NCBI RefSeq assembly: GCF_028641065.1
Contig: NC_073384.1
Span: forward strand, 57,412,001 to 57,476,000
Reading direction: 5' to 3'
Origin: Leucoraja erinacea
Taxonomy: Eukaryota
DNA: 64,000 nt
Shown in pieces: positions 11,444 to 26,109 of the stretch (positions are counted from its first letter, which is position 1; every line of letters begins with the position of its first letter). The notes under the pieces were generated by a model that made no database searches, had not been told where the DNA came from, and worked only from the letters and a program-made list of their open reading frames with translations. The position numbers and the translations under genes were made by a program.

Positions 11444-14089
11444 CTTCAGAAATAAATAAATACAGGTCAATAATACATTTTCCATCAACGCTCAATAGAG
11501 AGTGCATGCATACTTACTTATCGCAATGTCAAATCTCAATTTGAAAATTGCATTTAAAAATAATATCAGATACAATAAGGCACCATGGAATACCTGAACC
11601 TGATCCCCAAAAAATTATGTTAAATAAGGAAGTGGCAGGGAGGAGAGGACTGGACAAACATTTACCATCTCCTCGCCCCTCTCCTCTGTTATTCTTATAT
11701 TTACAGTGTGCTGACACGAAGAAAGCACATCTGCGATTTTTTTTCGCTGTAAATTGGCCATCGGCAGATAGTTTTCCCAAACAGGTGTTTTATAAATGAC
11801 TGTAAATCAGCCCCTGGAAACACCACCTCCAAGGCAGGCGAAACCAACGATGATACAATTAGAGCCAGATACATCAGGCAAGTAGATAGTCTCCATCTGT
11901 TCAATGTCATATTTAATCACTTTTACTTCTTTAAATCTACAGCAACTGAGCTTTCATAAACTTACTTACTAAAACATGAATATTGGTGCTGCCAAGTCCT
12001 GCTGTAGCTGAGTTATAACAGCATGGAATACAGCTGGGTTGTATCTAACCCAACTGGTGGTCTATGATGTAAACAGAAATGCAGTATTTTGCATTTTAAT
12101 TATTTATCATCCACAATAAACGCTTTCTACAGGGGGTGACAAATGTCTTTACAAAACCTGTTAACATTTTACCACAACTTGACTTTCTCCCTCCACGCCT
12201 CTGGCATGATGTAATACTGTATTTCTATATCCAATTGATCTGTATTTTTGAATCGTGATATTTTATATACAATCCTGAATAGCATAAATGTGCAGATCCA
12301 AAATGTTTATCCTGGCTCCCCATGCTGGACAAAATGATTAATTTAGTTCAGAGATACAGCATGGAAAAAGATCCTTCCACCCACTGAGTCTACTACACTA
12401 CACTAGTTTATGTTCTATGTTATCCCATTTAATTGGATAGTTATATGGACGGGAAAGGAATGGAGGGTTATGGTCTGAGCGCAGGTATATGGGACTAGGG
12501 GAGAATATGTGTTCGGCACGGACTAGAAGGGTCGAGATGGCCTGTTTCCGTGCTGTAATTATTATATGGTTATATGGTTATTTGTCCTCGGATAGGAGAG
12601 ACTCCTTTAAGACTCCCTTAAATTTATTTTTAAGAGGTCAGTTAACCTACACACCTACACGTTGCGTGCAGCCACAAGGAGAACCTGCAAACTCCACACA
12701 GACAGCACCCAAGGGCAAGATCAATTTCGATCTCTGGCACTATGAGGTCAATGTGTCTTAATATCATATTCTAAATTAAAATTAAAGAGAGTTGAGGTGC
12801 AAAACAGCTATTTTAGAATTATGAATGCTATTATTGTAAAGCTGCTTTGGTTATTTTAGAATAATTGGGAGTCAATAGGGGCTAAAGGGGATAATAGGGG
12901 CTAAAGATGCTTGTCCAATATATATTAACAGGCATATTCAGCGGGTGTTGATACCTCATAGGTGTGTATTTTAATTGTCTAGTATTTTCTTTGTGATATA
13001 ATATCAATTTGCGGGGAGAGTGATAAATATCCCTTCTCAATGCATGAGGGAAACTATCCTTGGCCCTGCCCAATGCCCAGGCTCCCAACCTACCCACACT
13101 AATTTGTTTCTGTTTGTGGAAGATGTGATAATCTTCTACACTCAACAGATATCCAATGAGGTCAAGTCACCAACATATAGGCCTTAGGACCGACCATTGG
13201 ATCGCACTACAGACTTAGAGAGTGAACTGTCAGTTTCCAAAAGCTTCTCATAATCAAAGAGCTCAATAAAGAAAACAAAATGATTTATTAAAAAGGAAAT
13301 GCATTAAACACTAACAAATAATATAAAACATAATACTAAAGTGGGAAAACATTACAAGGAAGCGAGGTCATTTCCCTTTTATACGGTTTCTATACCAACC
13401 ACCCTGACCTACAGCCAAGAGATGTGATGAGCTTCTTCAAAGGGAAGGCACAACTGCACAATGGGGTCCATGGTGAGACGAGCACTGGAGGAATCAAATA
13501 TATCACAGAATGAAATCATAAAGTGTTACAGATAATCTGGAGATCTCGATTCAAATTGCCACAACGACCCAGTTTAATTTCCCTTTACTGGTGATTTGGA
13601 GAATTTTCACCAGTAAAGCCACTTTTATTAATTATCCAAAATAAGAATTCTGATTAGATTTTCAGAACTGGGTGAGAGGTGGGTAAAGATATGAAGGGCT
13701 TTCAATTCATTTCTCTTTTTTTTCTTCTCTCTTTTCTCTCTCCTATTCTTTTTGCTTAGTTCACACCACCTTCTTCTTTTCTTTTTCGAGCTATATAATA
13801 TTCTCTCTCTCTATATTTCTTGCTTTTCTTCCTTTTTTTTCTACTATTAAATTTAAAATACGTACATGAAATGTAATATGTTATTCACGTCTTATATTAT
13901 TGTACATCACTTCTAAGAAAAATATTAAAAAATTAAAATAAATTGTTTTGTGTTTGCTCCTTATTTATGTTGAATGTAAAAATTTGGTCTGCTATTTCTT
14001 CTTCAGCCGCCTAGTAGTATGGGTTCTAAGATGACTATAGAAGCTAGTGTGGTCGTTGTGTTCCCTCCCACAGATGGATCTGATAACTC

Positions 14090-14370
14090 AGGAGAGTTGA
14101 TGGTCTGATAGGGGTGATGTAGGACACCAGGTTGAGTGGTGCAGCAACAACAACCTTTCGTTCAACGTCATAACTACCAAAGAACTAATCGTTGATTTCA
14201 GAAAGGGAAATTGGGGAGACGACGTGCCATGATTTAATTGGTGGGCAGCAATAGGAGTTAGCAGCTTCAAATTCCTGTGCTTTATCAACGTGACTAACCT
14301 GTCCTGGGCCAAGATGCAATCACGGAGAAAGCGCACCCAATGCCTCTACTTTCTTAGAAGTTTAAAGAGA
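14090..14370 (+). mobile_element. Rex1/Babar-like LINE RT fragment
   Basis: WCSNNNLSFNVITTKELIVDFRK motif. Confidence 0.7.
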
Positions 14371-14374
14371 TCTG

Positions 14375-14670
14375 GGTTGGCATAGTGGTGCAGTGGTAGA
14401 GCTGCTGCCTTACAACACCAGAGGCCGGGGTTCAATTCTGACCTCGGCTGCTGTCTGTATGGAGGTTGTATGTTCTTAAATTGACTGCGTGGGTTTCCTC
14501 CGGGTCCTCCGGTTTCCTCCCACATTCCAAAGACGTGCAGGTTTCTAAGTTAATTGGCTTCTGTGAATTGTCCCTAGTGTGTAGGATAGAACTGGTGTAT
14601 GGATGATCGCTGTTCAGCACAGACTGAGTGGGCCGAAGAGTTTGTTTCCATGCTGTATCTGTAAACTAAT
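14375..14670 (+). mobile_element. V-SINE
   Basis: A-box tggtgcagtgg, B-box ggttcaatt, V-domain gggtttcctccggg...ctcccaca. Confidence 0.88.
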
Positions 14671-17302
14671 TGATGTCATTTTTTGCAGTATTTTTCTTTA
14701 CACTGCCTTGTATAATTCATGTACAATTTAAGTATTTGTATGTTGTCTGAGTCTGTGCCTTTGATGCTGCTGTATCTGTACCTTACTGCATTCGCGCATT
14801 GACCATTAACTTGGCTTCACTTCACTTGACTATGAGCACCACATGCATGGCTTTGAAGTTCCCAATATCATCCCAAATGGATCTCCATGCTAAACATGTT
14901 CCAAGCAGTCAATGGCAATTTGAACAACTTTAAAAGTGTAACTCAGACCCTAGCTTTAAATGTTAAAATTAATCACAGCTGTGAAATCTCATTGTTGCAT
15001 AGGTTGCTTTAATATTTTGGTTCAGTTCAATTTATAAGTTCATCACTGATTCTATTAATGTTCTTGCATTTCAAAAGATCTCCACACTTTACTCTTAACT
15101 GCATATTGATAGAATATCATTATATGAAAAGTCAAAATTATAAGCCCTAAAAAAAGTAATGGTGAACGTTGACTGAAAGATTCACATAATGTGATAGAAG
15201 TTGAATCGATTTTCCTTGTGACTTCCTGAAATTAAATGCTTTGAAGATCCTATGACTTTAAGTGGACAACACTCCAGTAACTCAAACTTGGGATCTGTTT
15301 GACAGTCAAATTCCATGCACTTTTCAACACTACAAAAGCTTTGCCAATTTGGTTTGACTCTTTTTCTTTCGACAATTCTACCAGAAGTGTAACTGAATAT
15401 TGAACAATTAACCTGTTCACTGCCAAGTTTGTTTTTTTAACTATTGGTCATGACCCGATTATACTCGTAGGGTGGCACTGAACAGGTTAAACGCTCATTC
15501 CCACAACCCCACCCCCTATATCATGACACTTGGAGCATCACCACTGCAGGGGACTCAGGGTCATATTAAGAACCAGTTAGGTGTAATGACCCATGTCTGT
15601 GTGTCGTTTCCATTCACAGGAATCACTGTTCAGTCAGCCACACTTGGACAAATATCAGAAGATAGATGGTTAACAATGCCAATGCCACACTGGTTTCTAC
15701 AAAGAAGGTGGGAAAATATTAAATATAAGTAACAGAAATGTAAATCTGAGTGCTGCCATAGTTCGTAGCAACATGAAGTACAAAAAAAGCTTTTTTCTTG
15801 TGTACTTAGTGCAATTGGATCCCACGGCATCTAAATGGGTAGTTTAGACCCCAGAATTACTGCTGTACCACGAGGATGTAGCATAATTACTCTTGTAATA
15901 AAATATCCGGAATCACTGGTCCTTAAGTTGTTCTTCCCATCTGGAAAGCCATCGAATGCTTCCCAATACAAAACAACCTCCCTCCGTAAATTATAGTCAG
16001 AAGAAAATTTTGAAAATGCAACAAAGAAGATGCTTGAATGAATTTGCTTAAAGTGTGCGACTGACTTTTAATTCAATGTCCCAACCAACCAGCAGCATGA
16101 CCTAACTACCCCAAGGGTCTACCATCTGCTCTAATCTAAAATCCCGTCAGCCATTTTCAATGGAAAAGAGACATAATTAACTGATGAGAGAAAGTAAAAT
16201 ACAGTGGTGAATAACTTACCAAGGCTAGCTTACTATATCAAGGATGACAGCAAATATAAAGGACAATAATGGCTGAGGGACAAAATTGCAAAGCTTACAA
16301 AAGATTCATCACGTAAAATATTTCAGATTAAAATGTGGTCATGTCACATTTGATTCTCATAAAACAAAACTAGAACTGGCATTATACTTTGCATTTTAAG
16401 GAGCAGAGTAGACCAAGCTATTAGAAAAGCGGAAGAACACATTCATTTCAAAATGCCACGTGAGTAGTGGAAAACCAAGGCAGTAAAAACACTGATAGAA
16501 TTAAATAAGTCAAAGTGTGTGGCATCCTGCAAGGAGCTGTTGCAAAAGCATCTCCAACCTCCACTGATGTAATGATTAGGAACGTCAAAAACTGACCCGA
16601 CAACTGTGTACCAAAAACTACTTTGAACGATTAAGGGAATAAACTTGGATGTGACACATAACAAAGTGGTCAATCAACAATCTGTTAGTAAGGGAAATAT
16701 ATAGTGACCATAATATGCTTCATTTACATAAGAGATATTGGATAAAAGATAATGATAAAAGATATAGATATAAAAAATATTAGACAAAAGATCTAGAAGG
16801 TAAAGATAAAGATAGATAGGGGAAAGATAAAGTAAGAGGGGAGCAAGAGGGACATGAATCAAGGTTTCTAATTAATTTGGTATATGTTCGGAAAGGGTGA
16901 CAATTGAGAATGTATCTTAGTGGACAAAGCTACAGAGTCAGTGATAAACATTACAAGTAGTAATGCATCAGGAGGTCACCTGCATAAGCAGAAGAGTGCA
17001 CCATCTCACAAATGTCACACCTGTCGTTCTGCCCCATTCCTGTAGCTGTCAGACAATGCTATCCACGTGGCTTAGTGGAGAGAACAAAGTGATGATCCCA
17101 TTGAAAGGCACAGTTGAGGAGTCTTGACTGAACAGACCCTACGAGGAACCTTTACCACAAAGAGAGCAGAGAAACATTTGAGCAGAGAGTCAGGATAAGA
17201 GGTTAGCTACAAGACTGAGATGAGGAGCCCAAAAACGCTGAGAATGAGAAATAAATTCAGGGCAATTTAATTTACGATGATAGGGAAATCAAAAAACACT
17301 TA

Positions 17303-18147
17303 AGGGCCTGTCCCACTTAGGCAACTTATTAGGCGACTGCAGGAGACTATGCGGTCGCCACATGGTCGTCACATGTTCACGGGTGGTTGCCGGGGAGTCG
17401 CCTTCATGGTCGTGAGGAGTTCCCGCATTCTGGGAACTAGTCGCGGCCTCATTATGGTCGCCGGTAAATTTTCAACATGTTGAAAAATTAGCGGTGACCA
17501 GAATGAAGCCGCCATGGAGAGTAGCGAGAATTCTCTTGCCGTAGGTGCAGTGGTAGTGGGTTGCCAGGAGGTCAAAGGTTGTCGTAGGTTGTCGTAGGTT
17601 GTAGCCAATGCTGACCGGTGAATTTCATTGGCTCATTGGGAAAAAAAACGTACGCAGTAGTTTTCAGAACCAAGGATAACCGACCGGTAATGTTAATGTC
17701 CGCCGAGCTTCACAGCTGTGTATCTCTGGCTTCTTAAAAGGTGTCTCCACACCTCCCCCCCCCCCCACTTTTAAAGGACCTGCGTGACCCTTCCCGTATT
17801 CTGTGCTTTCACTGTCTTAATTACAGTGCCAACCTTCCTGTTCATCGCGGTGTGTGTCTGTATCACATTGGCTTTGCACCGTGTGAATTTCACTCAGACA
17901 GTGCCCCCTCCCCCCGCTTGCCCTGTTCCTCGCCTGNNNNNNNNNNNNNNNNNNNNNNNNNNNNNNNNNNNNNNNNNNNNNNNNNNNNNNNNNNNNNNNN
18001 NNNNNNNNNNNNNNNNNNNNNNNNNNNNNNNNNNNNNNNNNNNNNNNNNNNNNNNNNNNNNNNNNNNNNNNNNNNNNNNNNNNNNNNNNNNNTTCCAGTC
18101 GCCGGTTTTTCAAGCGACTGCCGGCGGCTTAGCAGTCGACAGGCCCA
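17303..18147. mobile_element. PIF/Harbinger-like MITE spanning the assembly gap
   Basis: TTA on both flanks; TIRs gggcctgtc(ccact) and gacaggccc. Confidence 0.7.
17937..18092. other. Assembly gap (156 N)
   Basis: Run of N. Confidence 1.
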
Positions 18148-18487
18148 TTAGGAGTGGGCAGAAAGGAGTTGTGATGAAAGATCAGATGAGCTATGACTTT
18201 CAATGATGCCACAGATTTGGACGCTGCATGGCCAATACCCACTCTTGTTTACTGCTGGAGTGTTGAGCTGCATGAAATCAGCATCAAATGTTTTCATGGC
18301 CTATCTTCTTTACCTGCTTCTAGGGAATGTTCATTGTGTATGCAAGAACACACTCGCCAAGGTGATGTCTGCTGCATTTTGAGCCACAACTTGTATTTGC
18401 ACAACAGATTCAGTTTCTTAATCTCAAATTTTATAACAGTGGTAGCAAATTTATCGTGTGTTAGGGGGGGAAGTGAGCACAAGTCGA

Positions 18488-18780
18488 CATGATGGCGCAG
18501 CAGTAGAGTTGCTGCCGCAGCGCCAGAGACCCGGGTTTAATCCTGACTATGGGTGCTGTCTGTCTGGAGTTTGTCCGTTTTCCCCGAGACCTGTGTGGGT
18601 TTTCTCCGCGATCTTCGGTTTCCTCCCACACGCCAAAGACGTACGGCTTTGTAGGTTCATTGGCTTGATGTAAATGTAAAATTGTCCCTAGTGTGTGATA
18701 ATGTACGGGGATCGCTGGTCGGTGTGGACTTGGTGGGACGAAGGACCTGTTTCCATGTTGTATCTCTAAACTAAACTAAA
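18488..18780 (+). mobile_element. V-SINE
   Basis: tRNA-like head, V-domain, (taaac)n tail. Confidence 0.88.
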
Positions 18781-20029
18781 AAGTCAATTAGTTGTAGTCT
18801 TGGAGACACAGAGTAAGATCAGTAAATATCTTTTTCTCTAAAATACATTAATGAACAATAAATGCAACTTTATAACAATCCAAAAGTTTCATTTTTCACA
18901 ATTAATGATGATGGCTTTCGTAATTAACTGAATTAAACATCCATTGTGGGATTTGAACTCCAGAGATTTAGTCTAGGCCTCCAGGTTACTAGTTCAGTAA
19001 CTTATCCATCATCCTACTATCCTGCTGAATGTAATTACCTCCTGAAGGCATCAAACTCCATCTTCAGTTTGCTGCCAATTGTTCAGAAAAATCTGAAGAT
19101 CAAGCACCGAGTGAGTATACCACTAATGGAGCCCTTTTTCAAACTGTTAACAAAGCATCCAATCTCCCCAAAATGGGAATCTGTGCACAGAGCACAACCG
19201 GTAAAAATGATAAAAGGCATTTAGGCAAGGAGTTTGGGTTGCACTTGCTTTTAACTGCACCCCCAACCCCTACCAGCCCTCCAGAGGTGTCGGTCATGAG
19301 GTTGAGGGGAATGGAATTTAAAATGCTTAACTATATAATTATTCATATATCAAATAAGCATTGCACCTTCAAGGCCAGAATGACTGAATGCCTCGAATTA
19401 ATTGAAGATCATCTGGAAGAGCCAGGATCAATTAATAAAAGATCACAGAGGCGGGGGGGGGGGAGGGGGGAGAATAAATTGTACAGGAAATCATCAGTAT
19501 TATCAGTAATAAACATTCACAGAATTAGAGGAATCCTTGTGTCATGGGCTGATAGGTAGCAAACAGCGTATGATAATAGACAAGTTCTCCGGGTGATAAG
19601 TCTTGTATCCAAAGATATTTATCTGCACCTTTCCTTTTCATTATTTGTTTCAATAACCTGACTGAAGGAATAATGAGGAAGATATACATGCTTACATAAA
19701 AGTATTGATATATTGGGCTGAGTGGGGTGTATTGGAATTGCATAGTCCTACAGCATGGAAACAGGCCCTTCAGCCCTACTCATTCATGCTGACGTTGCCC
19801 CATCTAAGACAGCCCCATTTGCCCAAATTTGGTTCATATCTCTCGAAGCATTTCCTATCCATGTACCTGTCCAAGCGTTGTTAAATGTAGTTGTTGTACC
19901 CTCAGTGAGTGAAAAAGTTGCTCCTCAGGCCCCTATGAAAATCTGTCCCCTTTCACCTTAAACCTATCTCCTCTGGTTCTTAATTATCCTACCCTGGGTA
20001 AAACATTCATTCTATCAATTCATGTTCAT

Positions 20030-22860
20030 AGGAAAAATAGGATCAGAATTAAGCCATTAGGCCCATCAAGTCTACTCTGCCATTTAATCATTGCTGATCT
20101 ATCTTTCCCTCTCAACCCCATTCTCCTGCCTACTCCCCATAATCTTTGCCATCCTTACTAATCAAGGATCTGTCAATATCCACCTTAAAAATACCCAATG
20201 ACTAAGCCTCCACAGCGGTCTGTGTCAATTAATTCCACAGATTTACCATCCTCTGATGACATAAGTTCCTCCCCATCTCCTTTCTAAAGCTATGTTATTT
20301 TATTCTGAGGGTGTGCCCTCTGGTCCTAGACTCCCTCACCAGTGGAAACATCCTTTCCACATCCACTGTGTCCAGGCCTTTCATAGCAACATAGAAACAT
20401 AGAAAATAAGTGCAGGAGTAGGGCATTCGGCCCTTCGAGCCTGCACTGCCATTCAATATGATCATGACTTTCACTATTCGGTAAGCTTCATTGAGGACCC
20501 CCTCACCCTTCTAACTGCACGAGTACCGGCCCAGTGCCGTCAAACGCTCACCCTACATTAACCCACTCCTTCTGGGATCATTCTCGTAAACCTCCTCTGA
20601 ACAATACCATCACATCCTTCCCTAGATATGGGGCCCAACACTGCTCACAATATTCCAAATGTGGTCTGACCAGTACCTTACAAAGCCTCAGCATTACATC
20701 CCAGTTTCTATATTCCAGTCCACTCGAAAGAAATGCTAACATTGCATTTGTCTTCCTTACTACCGATTCCAATTGCAGATTAACCTTTTGGGAACTCTGC
20801 ACCAACATTCCCAAGTCCCTTTGCATCTTTTATTTCTGAATCCACTCCCCATTTAGAGAATAGTCGATAACTTTATTCCTACTAACAAAATTCATAACTT
20901 CACTTTGCTATGCTGTATTCCAACTGCCACTTCTTTGCCTACTCCTCCAACCTGTCCAGGTCCTTTGCAGAGTCCCTGTTTTCTCTACACCACCTGCCTC
21001 TTCACTTATCTTCATATCATCCACATATTTGGCCACAAAGCCTTCAATTCCCTCATCCAAATAGTGTCATACAGTCATAGAGTGATACAGTGTGGAAACA
21101 GGCCCTTCAGCCCAACTTGCCAACACATCCCTCAGAATACTTAGTAACTTTCCAACTACAGAAGTTAAGCTTACCAGCCTATAGTTCCCAGCATTTTCCC
21201 TGCAGCCCTTCTTGAAAAGAGGCACGACATATGCCACCCTCCAGTCTACCGGCATCTCTCCTGTATTTAAGAATGACTCGTAAATTTCAACCGGGGCATA
21301 CTTCGTGTTTTTGACGAACGCATCAATTTCCCTCGTCAGCCAAGCTTCCTTACGTTTGCCTGCTTTGCCCTTCACTCTAACGGAGATGTACATATATCCT
21401 GAGCTTTCGTCAACACACCTTTAAAAACATCCTGCTTGGCTGATGTTCATTTCCCCTCAAATAACCTGCTCCAGTCAACTTGCGCAAGACCTTCTCTCAT
21501 ACCCTCAAAGTTGGCCTTACCCCAGTTGAGCATTTTAACACGTGGACCCTCTCCGTCCCTATCCATAACTATCTTAAACCAAATCGAACTGAGGTCAATG
21601 GTCCCAAAAGGCTCCTCCACAAACACTTCATTAACTTGCCCTTCCCAATTTCCCAATACTAGATCCAGTGTTGCCCTCTCATGTGTGGGGGCCTCCACAT
21701 ACTGCTTAAGAAAACTCTCCTGAACACTTTTGAGGAATTGCACCCCATTTAAACCCTTTACACTATGATTTTCCCAGCCTATATTGGAAAAGTTAAAATC
21801 CCCTACTACAACAACCTTATTCGACCTGCAGCTGTCTGCAAACTCCTGGCACAGTTGTTCTTCTAATTCCCGTTGACTATTCGGGGGTTTGTTGTATACC
21901 CCCAACAAGGTGATCATCCCTATCTTGTTCTTCAGTTCCACCCACGGAGCCTCACTAGACCAACCGTTTGTAATGTCACCTCTGATCACAGCCGTGACAT
22001 CCTCCTTAACCAACAGTGCAACCCCCACCCTCCACTTTTTCCCTCACCCCTGTCTCTCCTGCAGCTCCTCTACCCCGGAACATTGAGCTGCCAGTCCTGC
22101 CCCTCCCTTAACCAGGTTTCAGTCATGGCTACAACGTTCCAGTCGCTTGTACCTATCCATGCCCTAAGCTCATCTGCCTTACCCATCAGGCCCCTTGCAT
22201 TAAAATACGTGCAGTTTAAACCAACCCTCCTTCCTCACTCTCTGCCTTTCACCTGTCTATTTTGTCCACTAACCTTCCCCACACCACCCTCCGTACCAAC
22301 TTCTAGCTTCTCACGTACCTCTGTCCTATACAAGATCCCATCCTCCTGCCAATCCAGATTATACCCTCCTTTGTAGCATGAGCAAACATGCCTGCCAGGA
22401 TGTTGGTCCCCCTCCAGTTAGTCATCCCTGCCCCAGAAGAGATCCCAATGATCCAGAAATGTAACTACATGCCCCAACTCCTCAGCCACACATTCATTTC
22501 CCCAATCTTCCTATTCTTACCTACACCAGCACAAGGTACTGGAAGCAATCCTGAGATCACCACCCTGGAGGTCCTGCTTTTCAGTCTTCTACCCAATTCC
22601 GTAAACCCGTGTTGCAGAACCTCCTTCTTCTTCCAATCTATATCATTTGTGCCAACATGCACATCAACCTCCGGCTGCTCCCCCTCACTCTTGAGGATGC
22701 CGTGCAGCTGCACCGAGACGTCCTGGGCCCTGGCAACAGAGAGGCAACGCACTATCCTGGAGTCTTGCCTGTTGCCGCAGAATCTCCTGTCCACACCTCT
22801 GACTATTGAGTCGCCCACCACTGGCTCTGCCTGACGTCACTCTTCCCCGTTGAGCCTCAG
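20030..22860 (-). mobile_element. Near full-length degenerate CR1 LINE with internal deletions and nested fragments
   Basis: ORF1 SGNH esterase (VGDSIVRG..HVGTND, 22465-22821), APE endonuclease (GVALLVKE..VGDFNF..LDLVL, 21447-22028), RT pieces (NYRLVSLTSVVGKL; LVRPHLEYC). Confidence 0.92.
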
Positions 22861-22879
22861 TATATCATTGAAGAGTAGC

Positions 22880-23675
22880 TGCCCCAGCACCAACCCGTGG
22901 ATCACTGCTAGTCACTGGCAGCCAACCAGAAAGGGCCTCCTTTATACCCACTCATTGCCTTCTGCCATGGTGCTCATGATGTCGACCTCCCCGTGGTGAG
23001 CCCTGTCAACTGACCTCAGCATGCGAACAACAACAAACAGAGACAGCAGCAGCACCGCAGCTTGGCGCCAACCCGGAGCATGCACCCTTTTTAGGGTGGG
23101 CACCTACGGATGTCGAACTGGATGGCATCACCCTGCTGCAGACTTCTGCTGCCTCAAACGCAAGAAGAAGAAGCCTTCTGCCATTCAGCCAACCTTCTCT
23201 CCATGTTAGTATCTTCCCTCTAATATCATGGGCTCTCATCTTCTTTAGCAACCTCCTCATGATTGTATACAGCTCTATAAGATCACTATTGTGCCTCTGG
23301 AGCTTAAAGAAGTAAAGGCCTAGCTTTCCTAAATTCTCCCAGTAGCTCTGGCCCTCAAGTCCTGGCAGCATCCACATAAATCTTCTCTGCACCAATTCTA
23401 ACTTAATGACATTCTTCCTCTAGCAGGGTAACCAAAACTGAACACAAATGTGGCCTCACCAAAGGCTTGTACAACTGCAACAGAATGTCCCAACTTTTAT
23501 ACTCAATACCCTGACTGATGAAGGCCAATGTACCAATAGTCTTCTTTACCACCACATCTACCTGTGACACCACTTTCAGGGAATTGTGGACCTGGACTCC
23601 AAGATCCCTCTGCTCTACAACACTTCCTAGGACACTATCATTTATTGTGAAGGTCGTGCACTGGCTTGACTTCCA
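22880..23675 (-). mobile_element. Mixed CR1 and Rex1 fragments
   Basis: VQRRFMWMLPGLEG..LGLY and LLKKMRAHDIRGKILTW remnants. Confidence 0.75.
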
Positions 23676-25023
23676 GTAGTAATAAACTAAATAGTCATAA
23701 GCGTTGTAATTAAAGTGAGCAAACAGAATAGGGTCGTTGGGGTTCAGGGAGAAGAGCGTAGTTATTCATTTTCAATCCAATCAAAATAATTCAGATTATT
23801 TCCTCAGGAGGGGGTCTCGTGTTTCTGTGGGCTACTTGAAGACATTTAAATTAGAATCTGATCACTGAACCCAACCAACTCCTTTATGTCTAATTGCTGG
23901 CACTGAGAGACCTTGGTACGAGATGGTGAGTGTTCAGCACTATTTCCAACAAGAACATCACAGGCTCATTGCACAATAGAGCTCTGCTGCAAGCACAGAA
24001 CTGGTTTGCATCAGCCCTTTAGAGGCACTAAAGACTGGAAAGGCTGTTGTTTTCCCTTGCTAGATTAGAAAAAACAAAATCTTCAGGTCTTATGCATAAA
24101 CTGATTCAAAGAAACACAAATATTTTAGATTAAGCCCCAGTTCACAAATTAAGAAAATTCGAATAGAGGCATGGGGGACACAAACCTACCTTCAACTAGT
24201 AATTTAATCAGGTTTTAGCCTTGTAATTTGCTCTAAGCTCTCCCAGTGTTCGATTCAAAAGGAATCTGCTGAAAATGATTCACTGTGATATTTGCAGCAA
24301 CCCATCAGTATTATGTTTAGTCCTCACGACAAATATAATTTGTGAAATTGCATAAAAAAATTAATACTCTGTGGCTCAACCGTATCTGTTTTATACAAGG
24401 TCACTAAATAAAATCTCCTTTGAAGAAGTGATTGAGATGTCAAAAGGTTCTCATTAATTCTCTCTGTATAATATTAGTTTCTGCCGGTATCAGTTCTCTT
24501 TGCAAACATGAATGCAGGGATTAAGATAAACACTACCTCTCACTCATGCATAGATATGAGAGGAAGAGAGAGCACAGTAATAATTCAGAAAAAAAGAAAC
24601 GGAGTCATATAATATTGTGTCAAATGATATGTGGTACAGTATACATTCACCTCTTAGATTGTCACAGACCCCGACCTAAACAAAGTTTGATGTGAAAGCT
24701 ACTGAGCAGCAAACAAAACTAAACACTTGCTTAAACTCAAAAGAATAAATGCCCAGAATTTAAGATATTAGTTCAATTTCAATTTTCACTTGACCATGCA
24801 AAACTAAAATTGATATTAAAAAAGACCAAGGTTTAAAGGTCCTCTTATAATATGTACTGCACCTACATCATCTTACAATCCCCTTTCTCTGTGCGCGGAA
24901 AAAAAAAGCAACAAACCAAGTCATTTTTCTTTTGTTTCCTGTCAAAACCAATTGCTTCAAAGCTCCAGTCTCAGCTGGCGGTTGATTTATGGTTGAACCC
25001 TTGAAGTGAAACTGAAGAATTAC

Positions 25024-25116
25024 CTTGTCAATCACCCCAAGGACTCTGAAGGCCTTCAGTTCCTCTGCAGGACTCCTCAGGTTCCAAGCAGGCCTTGAAC
25101 TTAGCGGTCCTGGAGG
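25024..25116 (-). CDS. RPS6KC1: RPS6KC1 coding exon, 93 nt
   Basis: cttccattag|CCTCCAGGA...GACAAG|gtaatt. Encodes PPGPLSSRPAWNLRSPAEELKAFRVLGVIDK. Phase 0-0. Confidence 0.95.
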
Positions 25117-26109
25117 CTAATGGAAGATATCAAAGAAAACACATCAATCACAGCCACACTTAAAGGAAGATGGCCTACTGGAGCAAATGCCACGTTACAG
25201 AAAACTAAATCTGTCACACAACAGTTGTGCGTAAGATCAAAAGGCAATTTCTCTCCGCTTCAAACCTGCAGCAGGCACCAAGGAGAACGCACTCCCCCAT
25301 AGAAGATATTTATTTGGTTCGGATACTGTCATTGTTAAGTTTAGGGGGTGACAGCTGTTCACAAATATCAGCAATGTAATAGTCACAAGTGTTTTTTAGT
25401 ATTGTGTAACAAAAGAGCAGTTATCACCAGTCAACAAGATCTTTGTGACCTATATATAGAACTGCCACTTGAATAAAGCAACCACGAAGAGAAGCTGTAA
25501 TGGATTAGAACACTGAAGAAGCTGTAGACATTCCTGTAAATTCCTACCATTACTCAGTGGAACTCGTAATTATAGAAGTGTTTCAATAGAGGAGGCTATT
25601 CAGCCCACCATGTCCAAGGCTGTTCCCAGTGGAACAAGCCTGTCATTTCCATTAGCCTGTTTTACCCCCCACCAAGTTCCTTGCAAATTAATTGCCCACC
25701 ATTGCTTATCTATTCCCTACTGAGAGCCTGATTGGCTTTTTCTTCCAGTAGGCTGGAAATTCCTTAACAATCGTGCTTTACACACATTCTCCTGTATCTT
25801 TTCATGGAAAACATATATCTTTGGCCCTGGTTCTTGAACCACTTTTCCTTAATTTGCCTCATCGGAACCAATCATCATCTTGTATACCTCAATCAAATGA
25901 TCCCTTAATCTTGGGTTAGCTCCATGGTGACGCGACAGATGTATTCATTCTAACCATGTAGCCACGATCCAAGACCAGTAAATCTCTCTGTCCATGTCCA
26001 TTCTCAAGTGAGGTGACCCAGGCCCTCCAGACTTCCCTAACCTTGAAAAAGGCTACAACTAACTACACAATCTATGCAATTCATAATCATTATAAGATCA
26101 CTCTCTAGA

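Noticed and set aside
14375-14450. tRNA-like sequences with A/B boxes (also at 18488 and 40057)
   Set aside because: These are SINE heads followed by a V-domain and LINE-like tail, not tRNA genes.
17741-18206. ORFs spanning X runs
   Set aside because: Artefacts of the N gap.
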